Shown here: piece after piece, positions 16,346 to 23,779 of the stretch
How the letters are laid out: each line of letters starts with the position of its first letter
How positions within the stretch are numbered: position 1 is the stretch's first letter
Source of the DNA: a virus
Lineage: Duplodnaviria; Caudoviricetes
DNA: 59,377 nucleotides
Direction: 5' to 3' (one strand)
Virus record (IMG/VR): IMGVR_UViG_3300044949_001207
Span: 1 to 59,377 of that record
The notes under the pieces: generated by a model
Seen by the model: only the letters and a program-made list of their open reading frames with translations
What the model was told of the DNA's origin: nothing
Databases searched by the model: none
Position numbers and translations under genes: made by a program

Positions 16346-16661
16346 CGCCGCGCTTCTGGAACTTGACCCACCCGAAGTTGTCGAGGTACTCCCCGTCCTT
16401 ATCCTTCCGCCGCGGATAGAGCGCTCCGTCCTGCTTGCGCTGTCCGAATGCCAGAGTCGCGCCGCACTTCAGGCACCGCAGCTCGAAGAAGTTGTTGCCC
16501 TGCACTTCGCGGCACACAGGCACCACATCCTTGCCACCACAGGCTCCGCATTGGCTCTGCCCGAAGACCTCAACGGCTCCGCTCAGCTGCGTGAATGCGT
16601 CCTTCGTGTCCTTGCCATCGACCTCAATCTCAGCGTTTGCCAGGCGATATCGAACCTTCAT
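16326..16661 (-). CDS. Zn-ribbon hypothetical protein
   Basis: CGAC...CLKC; SD present. Confidence 0.7.
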   Translation of the reverse strand: MKVRYRLANAEIEVDGKDTKDAFTQLSGAVEVFGQSQCGACGGKDVVPVCREVQGNNFFELRCLKCGATLAFGQRKQDGALYPRRKDKDGEYLDNFGWVKFQKRGDAAEPF

Positions 16662-16702
16662 CTGCTCCCCTCCTTGCATGGGTGTTGGTGACAATCAGAA
16701 TT

Positions 16703-17317
16703 TTAAAGGTATGTCAATAGACGCGGGACATCTTCCGGGAACTTTCCAAAGAGCACCGCCTGCCGCCCGTTCTCCCGCCGGATCGGACACATCCAGTTCA
16801 AAGCAGGCCTGCGATCCTTGGGGCTGTAGAGCGACTTCTGAGTCCACAGCGGCTTGGTTGCCGGGATCACCACAGCCACATGCTGGCGGCTTGTAGACGC
16901 AATCCAGTAGGAGTGGAAGGGACGCATCAACGTCTTCTGCTCCTGCACTGAGAGCTTGAGGTAGTCGCCTGGCGTCAGGTTCTGAGGAGCGGTCTTGTAG
17001 ACCTCATTGACGATGAGGTCTGGGTAGGGGAAATCGTCCGCTCCGGTGAAATCGAAGCCGCTCCCCAGCCGCACCTTTGCCTCAATCGACGCGATGGTCT
17101 CGCCGTAGAACTCCCTGTCCCTCTGGTTCACTGCGACCAGGGTCTTGACCGCCATGTCTGGTGTGTAGAGGAACCCGCCCACAACCTTCGCCCCGACCTT
17201 CTCTGCGGCGACAGGAGCGGTCAGCCCGTAGATGTACTTCGACAGCTCAGCCCAGAGCTGCTTCTCCCATTCGTTTCCCTGGTCGATGTCCTGGGCAAAC
17301 TGCTCGTCCGTCTTCAT
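16703..17317 (-). CDS. Putative PD-(D/E)xK nuclease-like protein
   Basis: GxxWE...TPD...IEAK spacing; AGGAGG SD. Confidence 0.5.
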   Translation of the reverse strand: MKTDEQFAQDIDQGNEWEKQLWAELSKYIYGLTAPVAAEKVGAKVVGGFLYTPDMAVKTLVAVNQRDREFYGETIASIEAKVRLGSGFDFTGADDFPYPDLIVNEVYKTAPQNLTPGDYLKLSVQEQKTLMRPFHSYWIASTSRQHVAVVIPATKPLWTQKSLYSPKDRRPALNWMCPIRRENGRQAVLFGKFPEDVPRLLTYL

Positions 17318-17336
17318 CGCTCGACCTCCTTGTCGC

Positions 17337-17604
17337 GCACCCCATCCCTGCTGAAAAGGGCGGGGTTGCCCTCTTCAGTGGCCTTGCGGCCTGCGGTGCA
17401 GTGACGCCTTATGTCTGCGGGTTTCAGCGGTGGCCCAGGACGTTGGGGTTTTCAGCTGGCATCACTAGCCAGCCCGTTGCCTGGAATTCGCGCGTTTGCA
17501 CTGGGTTGTGCGGACTAGCCGCTCCTGCGTAGGCAGGCCTTCTTTAGGCTGGCACTGGTTGATTTCTAGAGCGGTGTCAGACAGCCAGAAAATGAGGCAC
17601 CGCT
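17337..17604 (-). other. Multi-hairpin intergenic element
   Basis: At least five stems including a GCAA tetraloop on the - strand, within ~290 nt lacking a convincing CDS. Confidence 0.4.
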
Positions 17605-17612
17605 GTGGCTTG

Positions 17613-19181
17613 CTACCGGGCTGCGCTCATGCGGCGCATGATCTCCTTGCGGATCGCAGGGAAATATCCTGGGTGATTCTGTGGTGAGGTGCAGTTGGCG
17701 ACCTTCCAGCGGAGGTAGTCCACCGGAACCTTGTGGAAGGGCTGCGACTTGTACTTGCCCCACAGCATCACTGTGTACCTGCGCCCTCTCCGGTCATCGC
17801 GCTCGACCTCTGCGAAGCCGTCCCGCGCGTACAGGCCAAACTCGCCATCCGCCACGACGTTCCGGCGGCGGCTCATCTCCAGCATGTCGATAGCGGCCTG
17901 CTCAGCGGCCATGGCCTTTCGCTCAGCCTCGACTATGGAGTCGATGTCAAGGGTTGGCGCGGCCTCCTGCTTCTTCCGCACCCTCCGCTGCAGATCCCTG
18001 TCCATGTTCGGGTGGAGGAAGTCGGCTGCGGTGATCAGCTTGTTGTGTCTGCTGGCATCGCACAGGTCGAATATCTCGAAAAACGGCTTGGCCGACGCTG
18101 CAATGGCGGCGCGCCGCTCAGTGCTGGTCTTCAGCCCGTCAACCACACCAGGCAGCGGGCGGGTGGCCCTGCCGAAAATCTGGCCGTAGAGGTCGATGCT
18201 CTGCGTGGGCCGTGCGATATAGATTTTTTCGACCGCCGGGCAGTCCCAACCCAATGTCAAGACCTCGACGTTGACCATGACATGCGTGCGCTTCTCCTCG
18301 AAGTCCTGGAGATTGCGACGGCGCTCGTCTTCGGGAAGGCGGTTAACGTCCGAGTGGACGATTGAGCAGAGGATTCCGCGGCGGCGGAGGATGTCGCACA
18401 GCAGCTCCGCATGGTCGATGCTGCGGGCAAAGACCAGCGACTGCTTGCGTTCGTATGTCTGCTCGACCAGTGACGCCACAGCCTGGAGGGCGCTCTCCTG
18501 CTTCAGCCAGCGGTTGAGCTGTTGGCCGTCGTAGTCGCCACAGACGGTCGGGATCTTCGACAGGTCGAGGTTCTGCAGGACGGTCAGCCATATCTTGCAG
18601 TTGACCAAGAACCCCTCGTCCCTCGCCTGCTGGTAGAGGTAGGTATAGGCACAGGTGCCGTAGAAGTCGGACAAGCTCTGCTTCTTGCCCACCCGCGGCG
18701 TGGCGGTCATGCCGACGATCTTCGCACCGTTCTGCCGAAACTCGTCCAGCATGCGGATGGCGGCGCGGGTGAAGTTGATGTGCGATTCGTCAACCAGGAC
18801 GAGCTTCACCCGCTGCAGGAACTTCTCATACCGACGCTTCTTGATGAGGCTGTCGTAGCAGGCAATCGTCACATCGGCGTCGGAGTGGTAGTGCGCCCGC
18901 TCGACCTCGCAGGGTACGCCACGCAAGCGGAATCGCTCAGCCGCTTGATCGACCAGCTCAATGCGTGGCGTGATAACCAGGATGCCGCTGCGTTGTGCAA
19001 CGCGCTCCCAGAGCAGGATGCCGATCTCCGTCTTCCCGCACCCGGTCGCCAGGACGATGAAGCATGAGCTTCTGTCCCGAAGGCAGTTCTCCACTGCTTC
19101 GGCGGCGGCGATCTGGTACGGTCGGGCAACGAACGGCTTGGGCGCAGACTCGTCGCTCAACTCCGGAAATAGGCAGTCCAT
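17613..19181 (-). CDS. SF2 DExH helicase with C-terminal GKY/VPxDYLxW domain
   Basis: ATGCGKT, DESH, TATP, GWD and QIFGRATR motifs. Confidence 0.92.
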   Translation of the reverse strand: MDCLFPELSDESAPKPFVARPYQIAAAEAVENCLRDRSSCFIVLATGCGKTEIGILLWERVAQRSGILVITPRIELVDQAAERFRLRGVPCEVERAHYHSDADVTIACYDSLIKKRRYEKFLQRVKLVLVDESHINFTRAAIRMLDEFRQNGAKIVGMTATPRVGKKQSLSDFYGTCAYTYLYQQARDEGFLVNCKIWLTVLQNLDLSKIPTVCGDYDGQQLNRWLKQESALQAVASLVEQTYERKQSLVFARSIDHAELLCDILRRRGILCSIVHSDVNRLPEDERRRNLQDFEEKRTHVMVNVEVLTLGWDCPAVEKIYIARPTQSIDLYGQIFGRATRPLPGVVDGLKTSTERRAAIAASAKPFFEIFDLCDASRHNKLITAADFLHPNMDRDLQRRVRKKQEAAPTLDIDSIVEAERKAMAAEQAAIDMLEMSRRRNVVADGEFGLYARDGFAEVERDDRRGRRYTVMLWGKYKSQPFHKVPVDYLRWKVANCTSPQNHPGYFPAIRKEIMRRMSAAR

Positions 19182-19198
19182 CCCTCAGCCCTCCTTGG

Positions 19199-19465
19199 CT
19201 AGATAAGTGCGGCGTCAGGCCTGTGCGCCGCTATCCACCTGGCCTGCTCCGTCGCCCGATCCCACCCCCGCTTCAGCTCCGCCGTCGCCCTTTCGATTTC
19301 GTCGGGGCTGGGATCGACTTCGCCGTTTCCGAGCAGGCCGCTCCTCTTGAACTCCGCCACCAGCTCCGCTGGGCTGCAGCGTCCCGACCTCTTCGCCACT
19401 TGGCCCACCCTGTGCGTCTTGCACTTGTCCCACAGCTCCTCGACCGTCAGATACGCCCAATCCAT
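19199..19465 (-). CDS. Hypothetical protein (DPSPDEI motif)
   Basis: GGAGGGAG SD; overlaps the tail of the upstream ORF. Confidence 0.6.
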   Translation of the reverse strand: MDWAYLTVEELWDKCKTHRVGQVAKRSGRCSPAELVAEFKRSGLLGNGEVDPSPDEIERATAELKRGWDRATEQARWIAAHRPDAALI

Positions 19466-19703
19466 TGGTGACTCCCTCCATGAAGAAATTGGTGAGGTTG
19501 GTAGCGAACATGCCACGCAGAACGTCCAGCTCTGCGAGGACGCGGGTGATGTCACCCTTCATGCACTGCAGAGCTTGGTACACCCGCCCGTACTCCTCCT
19601 CGTCGTAGTAGACGGGCGAGGCACTGGACGCGATTGCGCGGGCAGACTCAGCAGCTGTGATCAGTCGAGCCTTGATCTCAAGCAGTTCCTGTGGGGCGAT
19701 CAT
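19215..19703 (-). CDS. Hypothetical protein
   Basis: AGGAGG SD; ATGA coupling with ERF-like gene. Confidence 0.55.
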   Translation of the reverse strand: MIAPQELLEIKARLITAAESARAIASSASPVYYDEEEYGRVYQALQCMKGDITRVLAELDVLRGMFATNLTNFFMEGVTNGLGVSDGRGAVGQVQDAQGGPSGEEVGTLQPSGAGGGVQEERPARKRRSRSQPRRNRKGDGGAEAGVGSGDGAGQVDSGAQA

Positions 19704-20365
19704 GCCGTCACCTCCTGAGCGTTCAGCTCATCCATCCGGTTCGCGGCTGCGTCCTCCATGGCACCGATGCAGTTGGGGTTCATGTCTCCGCCTTCGATCT
19801 TCTTTGCGATCTTTGCCAGGATGCTCTCGACCGCAGCCGGGGTCTTGGCAGCGGCGATGGCATCTCTCGCCAGCCGCTCCTGTGCCGCCCAGGTGGCGTT
19901 CGACGGAGCCTCCTCAGACTTCTCGACGGCATCGGCACCGTCCGCATCGTCCTCAGCAGACAGGCACAGCAATGCCTCCAGTGCCGTGCGCCGCATGTAG
20001 GACATGTGGGCCTTCAGCCGCTGGCTGTCATCGAACTGCTTGATGGGCAGCGTCGAGCTGAGGAACTCGTCGCCAAAGCTCAGCGTCGTGACCAGCGTCA
20101 CGCCCTCATCACTGACGCAGTACTCCTGCGACGGCACGACGCCGTGCTTGAGCAAGAATTGCTTGGTGCTGCGGTTGATGCTGTCGAGGGTCGAGTAGCG
20201 GTAGGTCACAGGCTTGCCGTGACGCACCACAGTCCCCTCAGCATCACGCACCACAGGCGTGAACTCACTCATCGCCTTCGCCAGCTGAGACATCAGCCGA
20301 GCGACGGACTGACTGCGCTCCCGGTAGACGGTCAGCTTCCTTGGCCTTGAGAACGAACTCTCCAT
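19700..20365 (-). CDS. ERF-family ssDNA-annealing protein
   Basis: YRYSTLD...Q...SYMRRTAL...EDDADG. Confidence 0.8.
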   Translation of the reverse strand: MESSFSRPRKLTVYRERSQSVARLMSQLAKAMSEFTPVVRDAEGTVVRHGKPVTYRYSTLDSINRSTKQFLLKHGVVPSQEYCVSDEGVTLVTTLSFGDEFLSSTLPIKQFDDSQRLKAHMSYMRRTALEALLCLSAEDDADGADAVEKSEEAPSNATWAAQERLARDAIAAAKTPAAVESILAKIAKKIEGGDMNPNCIGAMEDAAANRMDELNAQEVTA

Positions 20366-20366
20366 G

Positions 20367-21287
20367 TCAGTTTCCCTCCCTCATGTAGTGCGGAACCTCC
20401 AGCTCATGCTCCTCGCCATACCCAGACGGGAGCCACGAATCCCACTCACGGCGCTGCTTCAGTTCGGCAAGCAACGCCAAGCATTTCCGCCGTCCGCGCT
20501 CTTGCAGATCGGCAGGCAGATAGACCACCGCACAGAGGTGCGGCCAGACGTTCGAGGTGAAGATGAACCGCATGGCATGCGGCTCCCATCCACACTGGAT
20601 GGCGGCTTCCCCGTACATCGCGGACTGAAGGTCGTAGTGCCACTTCCGCATCGCCAGCATGGCGGTCTTCTGCGGGTCGGCCTCCGACGTTGTCTTCAGA
20701 TCGTAGAACTTGCTGGCCGTCGCACCGTCGATGCGGCTGCGGCAGTCATGGCCGTTCCACCGAAAGCGGACGTTGAACTCCCGATCCACAGACTCATCAA
20801 GCAGTCGGGCAGCGGCCTTGTTCGCCAGGATCTGACGAGTCTGATTCCAGAGCTGAGCGCGGTCAGCTGGGCTGACGATGATCGCTCCCTCAGGTTGCTC
20901 AGCGATCCATGCCTTGGCGGCTTTGCCAACCTGTCCTGTTGGAGTCAGGAGGTCATCGCTGGGGCAAGCAACCCTGCTCCAAAAAGTTTCCTCACCGACC
21001 TCCGCCCAGAGGTGCAGGAGAGTCCCGTATTCAAGAGATTGTCCTCTCTTGGCAGGGGCTGACCCGGCTATGTGCCGGGCGTAGAATTCGAGCGGAGAGG
21101 CGGCGAGCGCCTTGAGCTGCGAACAGGAGACCTCAGACCAGCGGTGGTAATCCTCCGCTGGCGAATGGCAGACTGTGACCGAATCGTTTGTGACTAGCGG
21201 CGGCCGGACTTGAACCGGCGACACCCGGCTTATGAAGCCGGGTCGCTTGTCACCCTCAATTCGGTCGGGGTTTGTCCCGACCGTCAT
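20367..21287 (-). CDS. RecE/exonuclease VIII-like PD-(D/E)xK exonuclease (DUF3799-like)
   Basis: YH..VSCSQLK, GTLLH, CRSRID, YDLKTT, YDLQSAMY; GGGAGG SD before ATG at 21287. Confidence 0.85.
   Translation of the reverse strand: MTVGTNPDRIEGDKRPGFISRVSPVQVRPPLVTNDSVTVCHSPAEDYHRWSEVSCSQLKALAASPLEFYARHIAGSAPAKRGQSLEYGTLLHLWAEVGEETFWSRVACPSDDLLTPTGQVGKAAKAWIAEQPEGAIIVSPADRAQLWNQTRQILANKAAARLLDESVDREFNVRFRWNGHDCRSRIDGATASKFYDLKTTSEADPQKTAMLAMRKWHYDLQSAMYGEAAIQCGWEPHAMRFIFTSNVWPHLCAVVYLPADLQERGRRKCLALLAELKQRREWDSWLPSGYGEEHELEVPHYMREGN
21195..21242 (-). other. 3' half of a tRNA(CAT), candidate attP core
   Basis: - strand: CCGGC-TTCATAA-GCCGG anticodon arm, GTGTC, GCCGG-TTCAAGT-CCGGC T arm, CGCCGCT-A; no complementary 5' acceptor strand or D arm. 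Confidence 0.6.
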
Positions 21288-21315
21288 CGTTATCCTCCCT
21301 TGGGTGAAGTTGCGG

Positions 21316-21345
21316 ATCGTAAGGCGTCTTCCGTTTTTTCGTCAA
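21316..21345 (-). promoter_or_regulatory. Sigma-70-type promoter for recombination/replication operon
   Basis: TTGACG-N18-TACGAT on - strand, upstream of SD and ATG 21287. Confidence 0.55.
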
Positions 21346-21475
21346 GAGCGTTTTCCTCCCCCTGGCTGGCTAGCTTGCCCCGCTAATTTTCGTGACAGGG
21401 AGGTTGCATACCCCAAAAGGTGGTGCAATGGTATCGTCGTCCAAAATTAACTTTGTTTCGTTACCGTTAAAGACC

Positions 21476-22306
21476 ATGACCGTTCGCGAACTCCTCCAGG
21501 AGTACGGAATGTCCCACGAAATGAGCTTTCGCTACCTGGAGAGCATGCGTCGGACAGTCAAAAAACTTGAAACTAGCGGCATCACTGAAGTGGGTCAACT
21601 GACCGCGGAGCGGATAAACAATTTCCTGGCGATGCTTCCTCTGTCGGCCACGACGCGAAGCAACATTCGCCGGGAGCTGCTGACTTTGTGGCGTTTCGCG
21701 CACGAAGAGGGACTCACTGATGTACAGCCGTGCAGGATACGAAAGATCCGGCAGGCGTCAACACCCCCTACCTGTTGGACGAGAGAGGAACTGCAGCGAC
21801 TCATGGAGTGCGCCAGGCAGGACAACGGGCGTATATCCAATCGGCTGCGGAACCTAAAGCGGTGCGACGTTTTGCCCGCCTGGGTTGGAGTTGGGTTTGA
21901 AACGGCGGTCAGGTTCTCTGACATCCTGCACCTCAAGCGGGAGAACATTCGCAACGGATGCGTCGTGCTCACCGCTCGAAAGACCGGCAAGGGTCTGGTG
22001 CGGCAGCTCAGCCCTGGGACGATCAAGGCAGTCACTCGTCTGCTGGATCGTTCACCAGACGATACGGTGTTCCTCTGGTGCCTGCCTCGCCGCAGGGCTG
22101 TGAAGATGTGGAAGGAGTTCCTCAAGGAGCATGGGTTCGCAGGCTCCAGCAAATGGCTGCGCCGAGCTGCCGCAACGCAGTCGGAGCTGAGGGAGAGGGG
22201 CAGTGCCACTCAATTCCTTCAACACAGCCAAGCCCACCTGGCGACCCGCCACTACATCGATCAGTCGCAGCTCACCGCGCCTGTCGGCCCTGCTCCCCTG
22301 GATTAG
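21476..22306 (+). CDS. Tyrosine recombinase/integrase
   Basis: Catalytic set AVRFSD (R), RKTG (K), KWLRR (H replaced by K), LQHS (H), RHYID (Y); SAM-like N-terminal domain; ORF open from 21392. Confidence 0.88.
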   Translation: MTVRELLQEYGMSHEMSFRYLESMRRTVKKLETSGITEVGQLTAERINNFLAMLPLSATTRSNIRRELLTLWRFAHEEGLTDVQPCRIRKIRQASTPPTCWTREELQRLMECARQDNGRISNRLRNLKRCDVLPAWVGVGFETAVRFSDILHLKRENIRNGCVVLTARKTGKGLVRQLSPGTIKAVTRLLDRSPDDTVFLWCLPRRRAVKMWKEFLKEHGFAGSSKWLRRAAATQSELRERGSATQFLQHSQAHLATRHYIDQSQLTAPVGPAPLD

Positions 22307-22496
22307 TTGAGGGGGTGCGAGGGCGGAGTCGCTCAATCAAATCGCGGATGTGGAAGCCGGGCGCTGGATCGCGCCGCAGGACGGAGTGCGTCTGCTGCGG
22401 AATCGGCGGCTCGTCTGGCGTTATGACTTGCGTTGGTTCGCCGTAGCGACGGGGATTGGCGTACTCAGCGTAACTCAGCGGTTGATACATGATCAC
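22272..22496 (-). CDS. Small hypothetical protein
   Basis: Coupled last gene of late operon. Confidence 0.45.
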   Translation of the reverse strand: MIMYQPLSYAEYANPRRYGEPTQVITPDEPPIPQQTHSVLRRDPAPGFHIRDLIERLRPRTPSTNPGEQGRQAR

Positions 22497-22699
22497 CTTC
22501 TGATGGCAGGGGGCATGTTGGTGACGAGGACGGGGACAATGAAGTTTGGGTATTGTGGCCGCATGGGAGGCGGCGGCGGAGCGTAGGTCTGCTGCTGGCC
22601 CTGCCTGACAGCGCGGGTCAGTCGTGCGATCTGCCGCTGGTTCTCCCGCTGCTCCTGCTCACAGCTCTTGCAGCACATTTGTCGAATGAGGTCGCTCAT
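22493..22699 (-). CDS. Small protein, MSDLIR N-terminus
   Basis: ATGA coupling. Confidence 0.6.
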   Translation of the reverse strand: MSDLIRQMCCKSCEQEQRENQRQIARLTRAVRQGQQQTYAPPPPPMRPQYPNFIVPVLVTNMPPAIRR

Positions 22700-22863
22700 T
22701 TTCGTTTCGCAGTCTTCGCGGAGTTGACGAAATCTTGCTTTGATGGCGCGCCTTCTTGTCCCGGCTTGCGCATCTTTTCGCCAGAGCCGCTGGCTATCCG
22801 CGCCCTCTTGGCGTGGATGTTTGCGTAGAGACCCTTTTTCGCCGCCCGAATGATGTCGCTCAT
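22696..22863 (-). CDS. 55-aa basic phage protein (GLYANIHAKR motif), MSDIIR N-terminus
   Basis: Translated by hand: MSDIIRAAKKGLYANIHAKRARIASGSGEKMRKPG...SAKTAKRK; coupled at both ends. Confidence 0.8.
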   Translation of the reverse strand: MSDIIRAAKKGLYANIHAKRARIASGSGEKMRKPGQEGAPSKQDFVNSAKTAKRK

Positions 22864-23252
22864 CGCTCGACCCTCACTATGCTTCCGTCCGGTGCGCGGC
22901 CAATGGCGAAACCAACACCATCTCGAACCCCTGAGCTGACGGTCTGGACGCCGTCTGTGAGTGCAGCCAGGACAGCCGGGATGGCCTGCCGCTGCACCAT
23001 GTTATTGGCGAGCGCCATCTCAGTCGGCACATAGGGGCCAGCGATGGAGCCGTCCTCCCTGGTCTGCATCGGCTCACCTTCGAGGGCGGCAGGCCCGCCG
23101 TCAGCGTAGGCCTGGACGCGCTCAGGGGAGTAAACGTCCGCGGGATCTCCGCCGCCCGCAACGTACTCAGCCTTGATCTGCCCGGCGTCCTGCATCATGG
23201 TGTCGAATGCAGGGCCGTACATGGCCCTCGCCTGTCGGATGATGTCGCTCAC
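22860..23252 (-). CDS. Hypothetical protein, MSDIIR N-terminus
   Basis: AGGAGG SD; GTG start. Confidence 0.7.
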   Translation of the reverse strand: MSDIIRQARAMYGPAFDTMMQDAGQIKAEYVAGGGDPADVYSPERVQAYADGGPAALEGEPMQTREDGSIAGPYVPTEMALANNMVQRQAIPAVLAALTDGVQTVSSGVRDGVGFAIGRAPDGSIVRVER

Positions 23253-23470
23253 AGTAGCCTCCTACCTGGCGGCGGGTTGCGGAACCGTTCCATTGGATCT
23301 CCGATCCGAGGGACACCTTCGACCTTGGGCGATGGCATTTCTTCGATGCGTGGGGATGTGGGGTAGGGCTGGAGCAGCTCAGGCTTAGCAGACCTGCGCA
23401 TCGCCTGGTCGTTCGGGAGGTACAGAAGGTTGCGCTGCATCTTTTGGTATTCGCGAATCACCTTGCTCAT
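23249..23470 (-). CDS. Small protein, MSKVIR N-terminus
   Basis: GGAGG SD. Confidence 0.55.
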   Translation of the reverse strand: MSKVIREYQKMQRNLLYLPNDQAMRRSAKPELLQPYPTSPRIEEMPSPKVEGVPRIGDPMERFRNPPPGRRLL

Positions 23471-23510
23471 TGCGGCCTCCGGCACTTGGCATTGATTCCG
23501 TCACTCATGG

Positions 23511-23777
23511 TCAGCAGTTCCAGGCCCGCAAGGATTTGTTGATCCGGGAGTTCGGATCGTTGGCTGTCTCTTTGCTCGTCAGCTTGCCCTTCATTCCCTT
23601 CATTCGGGCGCAGAAGCTGTCGCGACGAGGCCCACCCTCAGGCTGCGGTCGCTGAAGATTGGCACCATGCTCCCTGTTGTACGAGGCCCGACCCCTGTCA
23701 TTCAGACCGCCATCTGGGTCTTTGCCCTCCTTGCGAGTCCAGGCAGCAGTCTTGTGCTTGCGAATGATGTCGCTCAT
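23511..23777 (-). CDS. DUF6321-like basic phage protein, MSDIIR N-terminus
   Basis: AWTRKEGK...GGLN..GRASY...SFCARMKG...SLRAWNC. Confidence 0.8.
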   Translation of the reverse strand: MSDIIRKHKTAAWTRKEGKDPDGGLNDRGRASYNREHGANLQRPQPEGGPRRDSFCARMKGMKGKLTSKETANDPNSRINKSLRAWNC

Positions 23778-23779
23778 GG

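Noticed and set aside
21195-21270. Complete tRNA-Met gene
   Set aside because: No 5' acceptor strand complementary to CGCCGCT and no D arm
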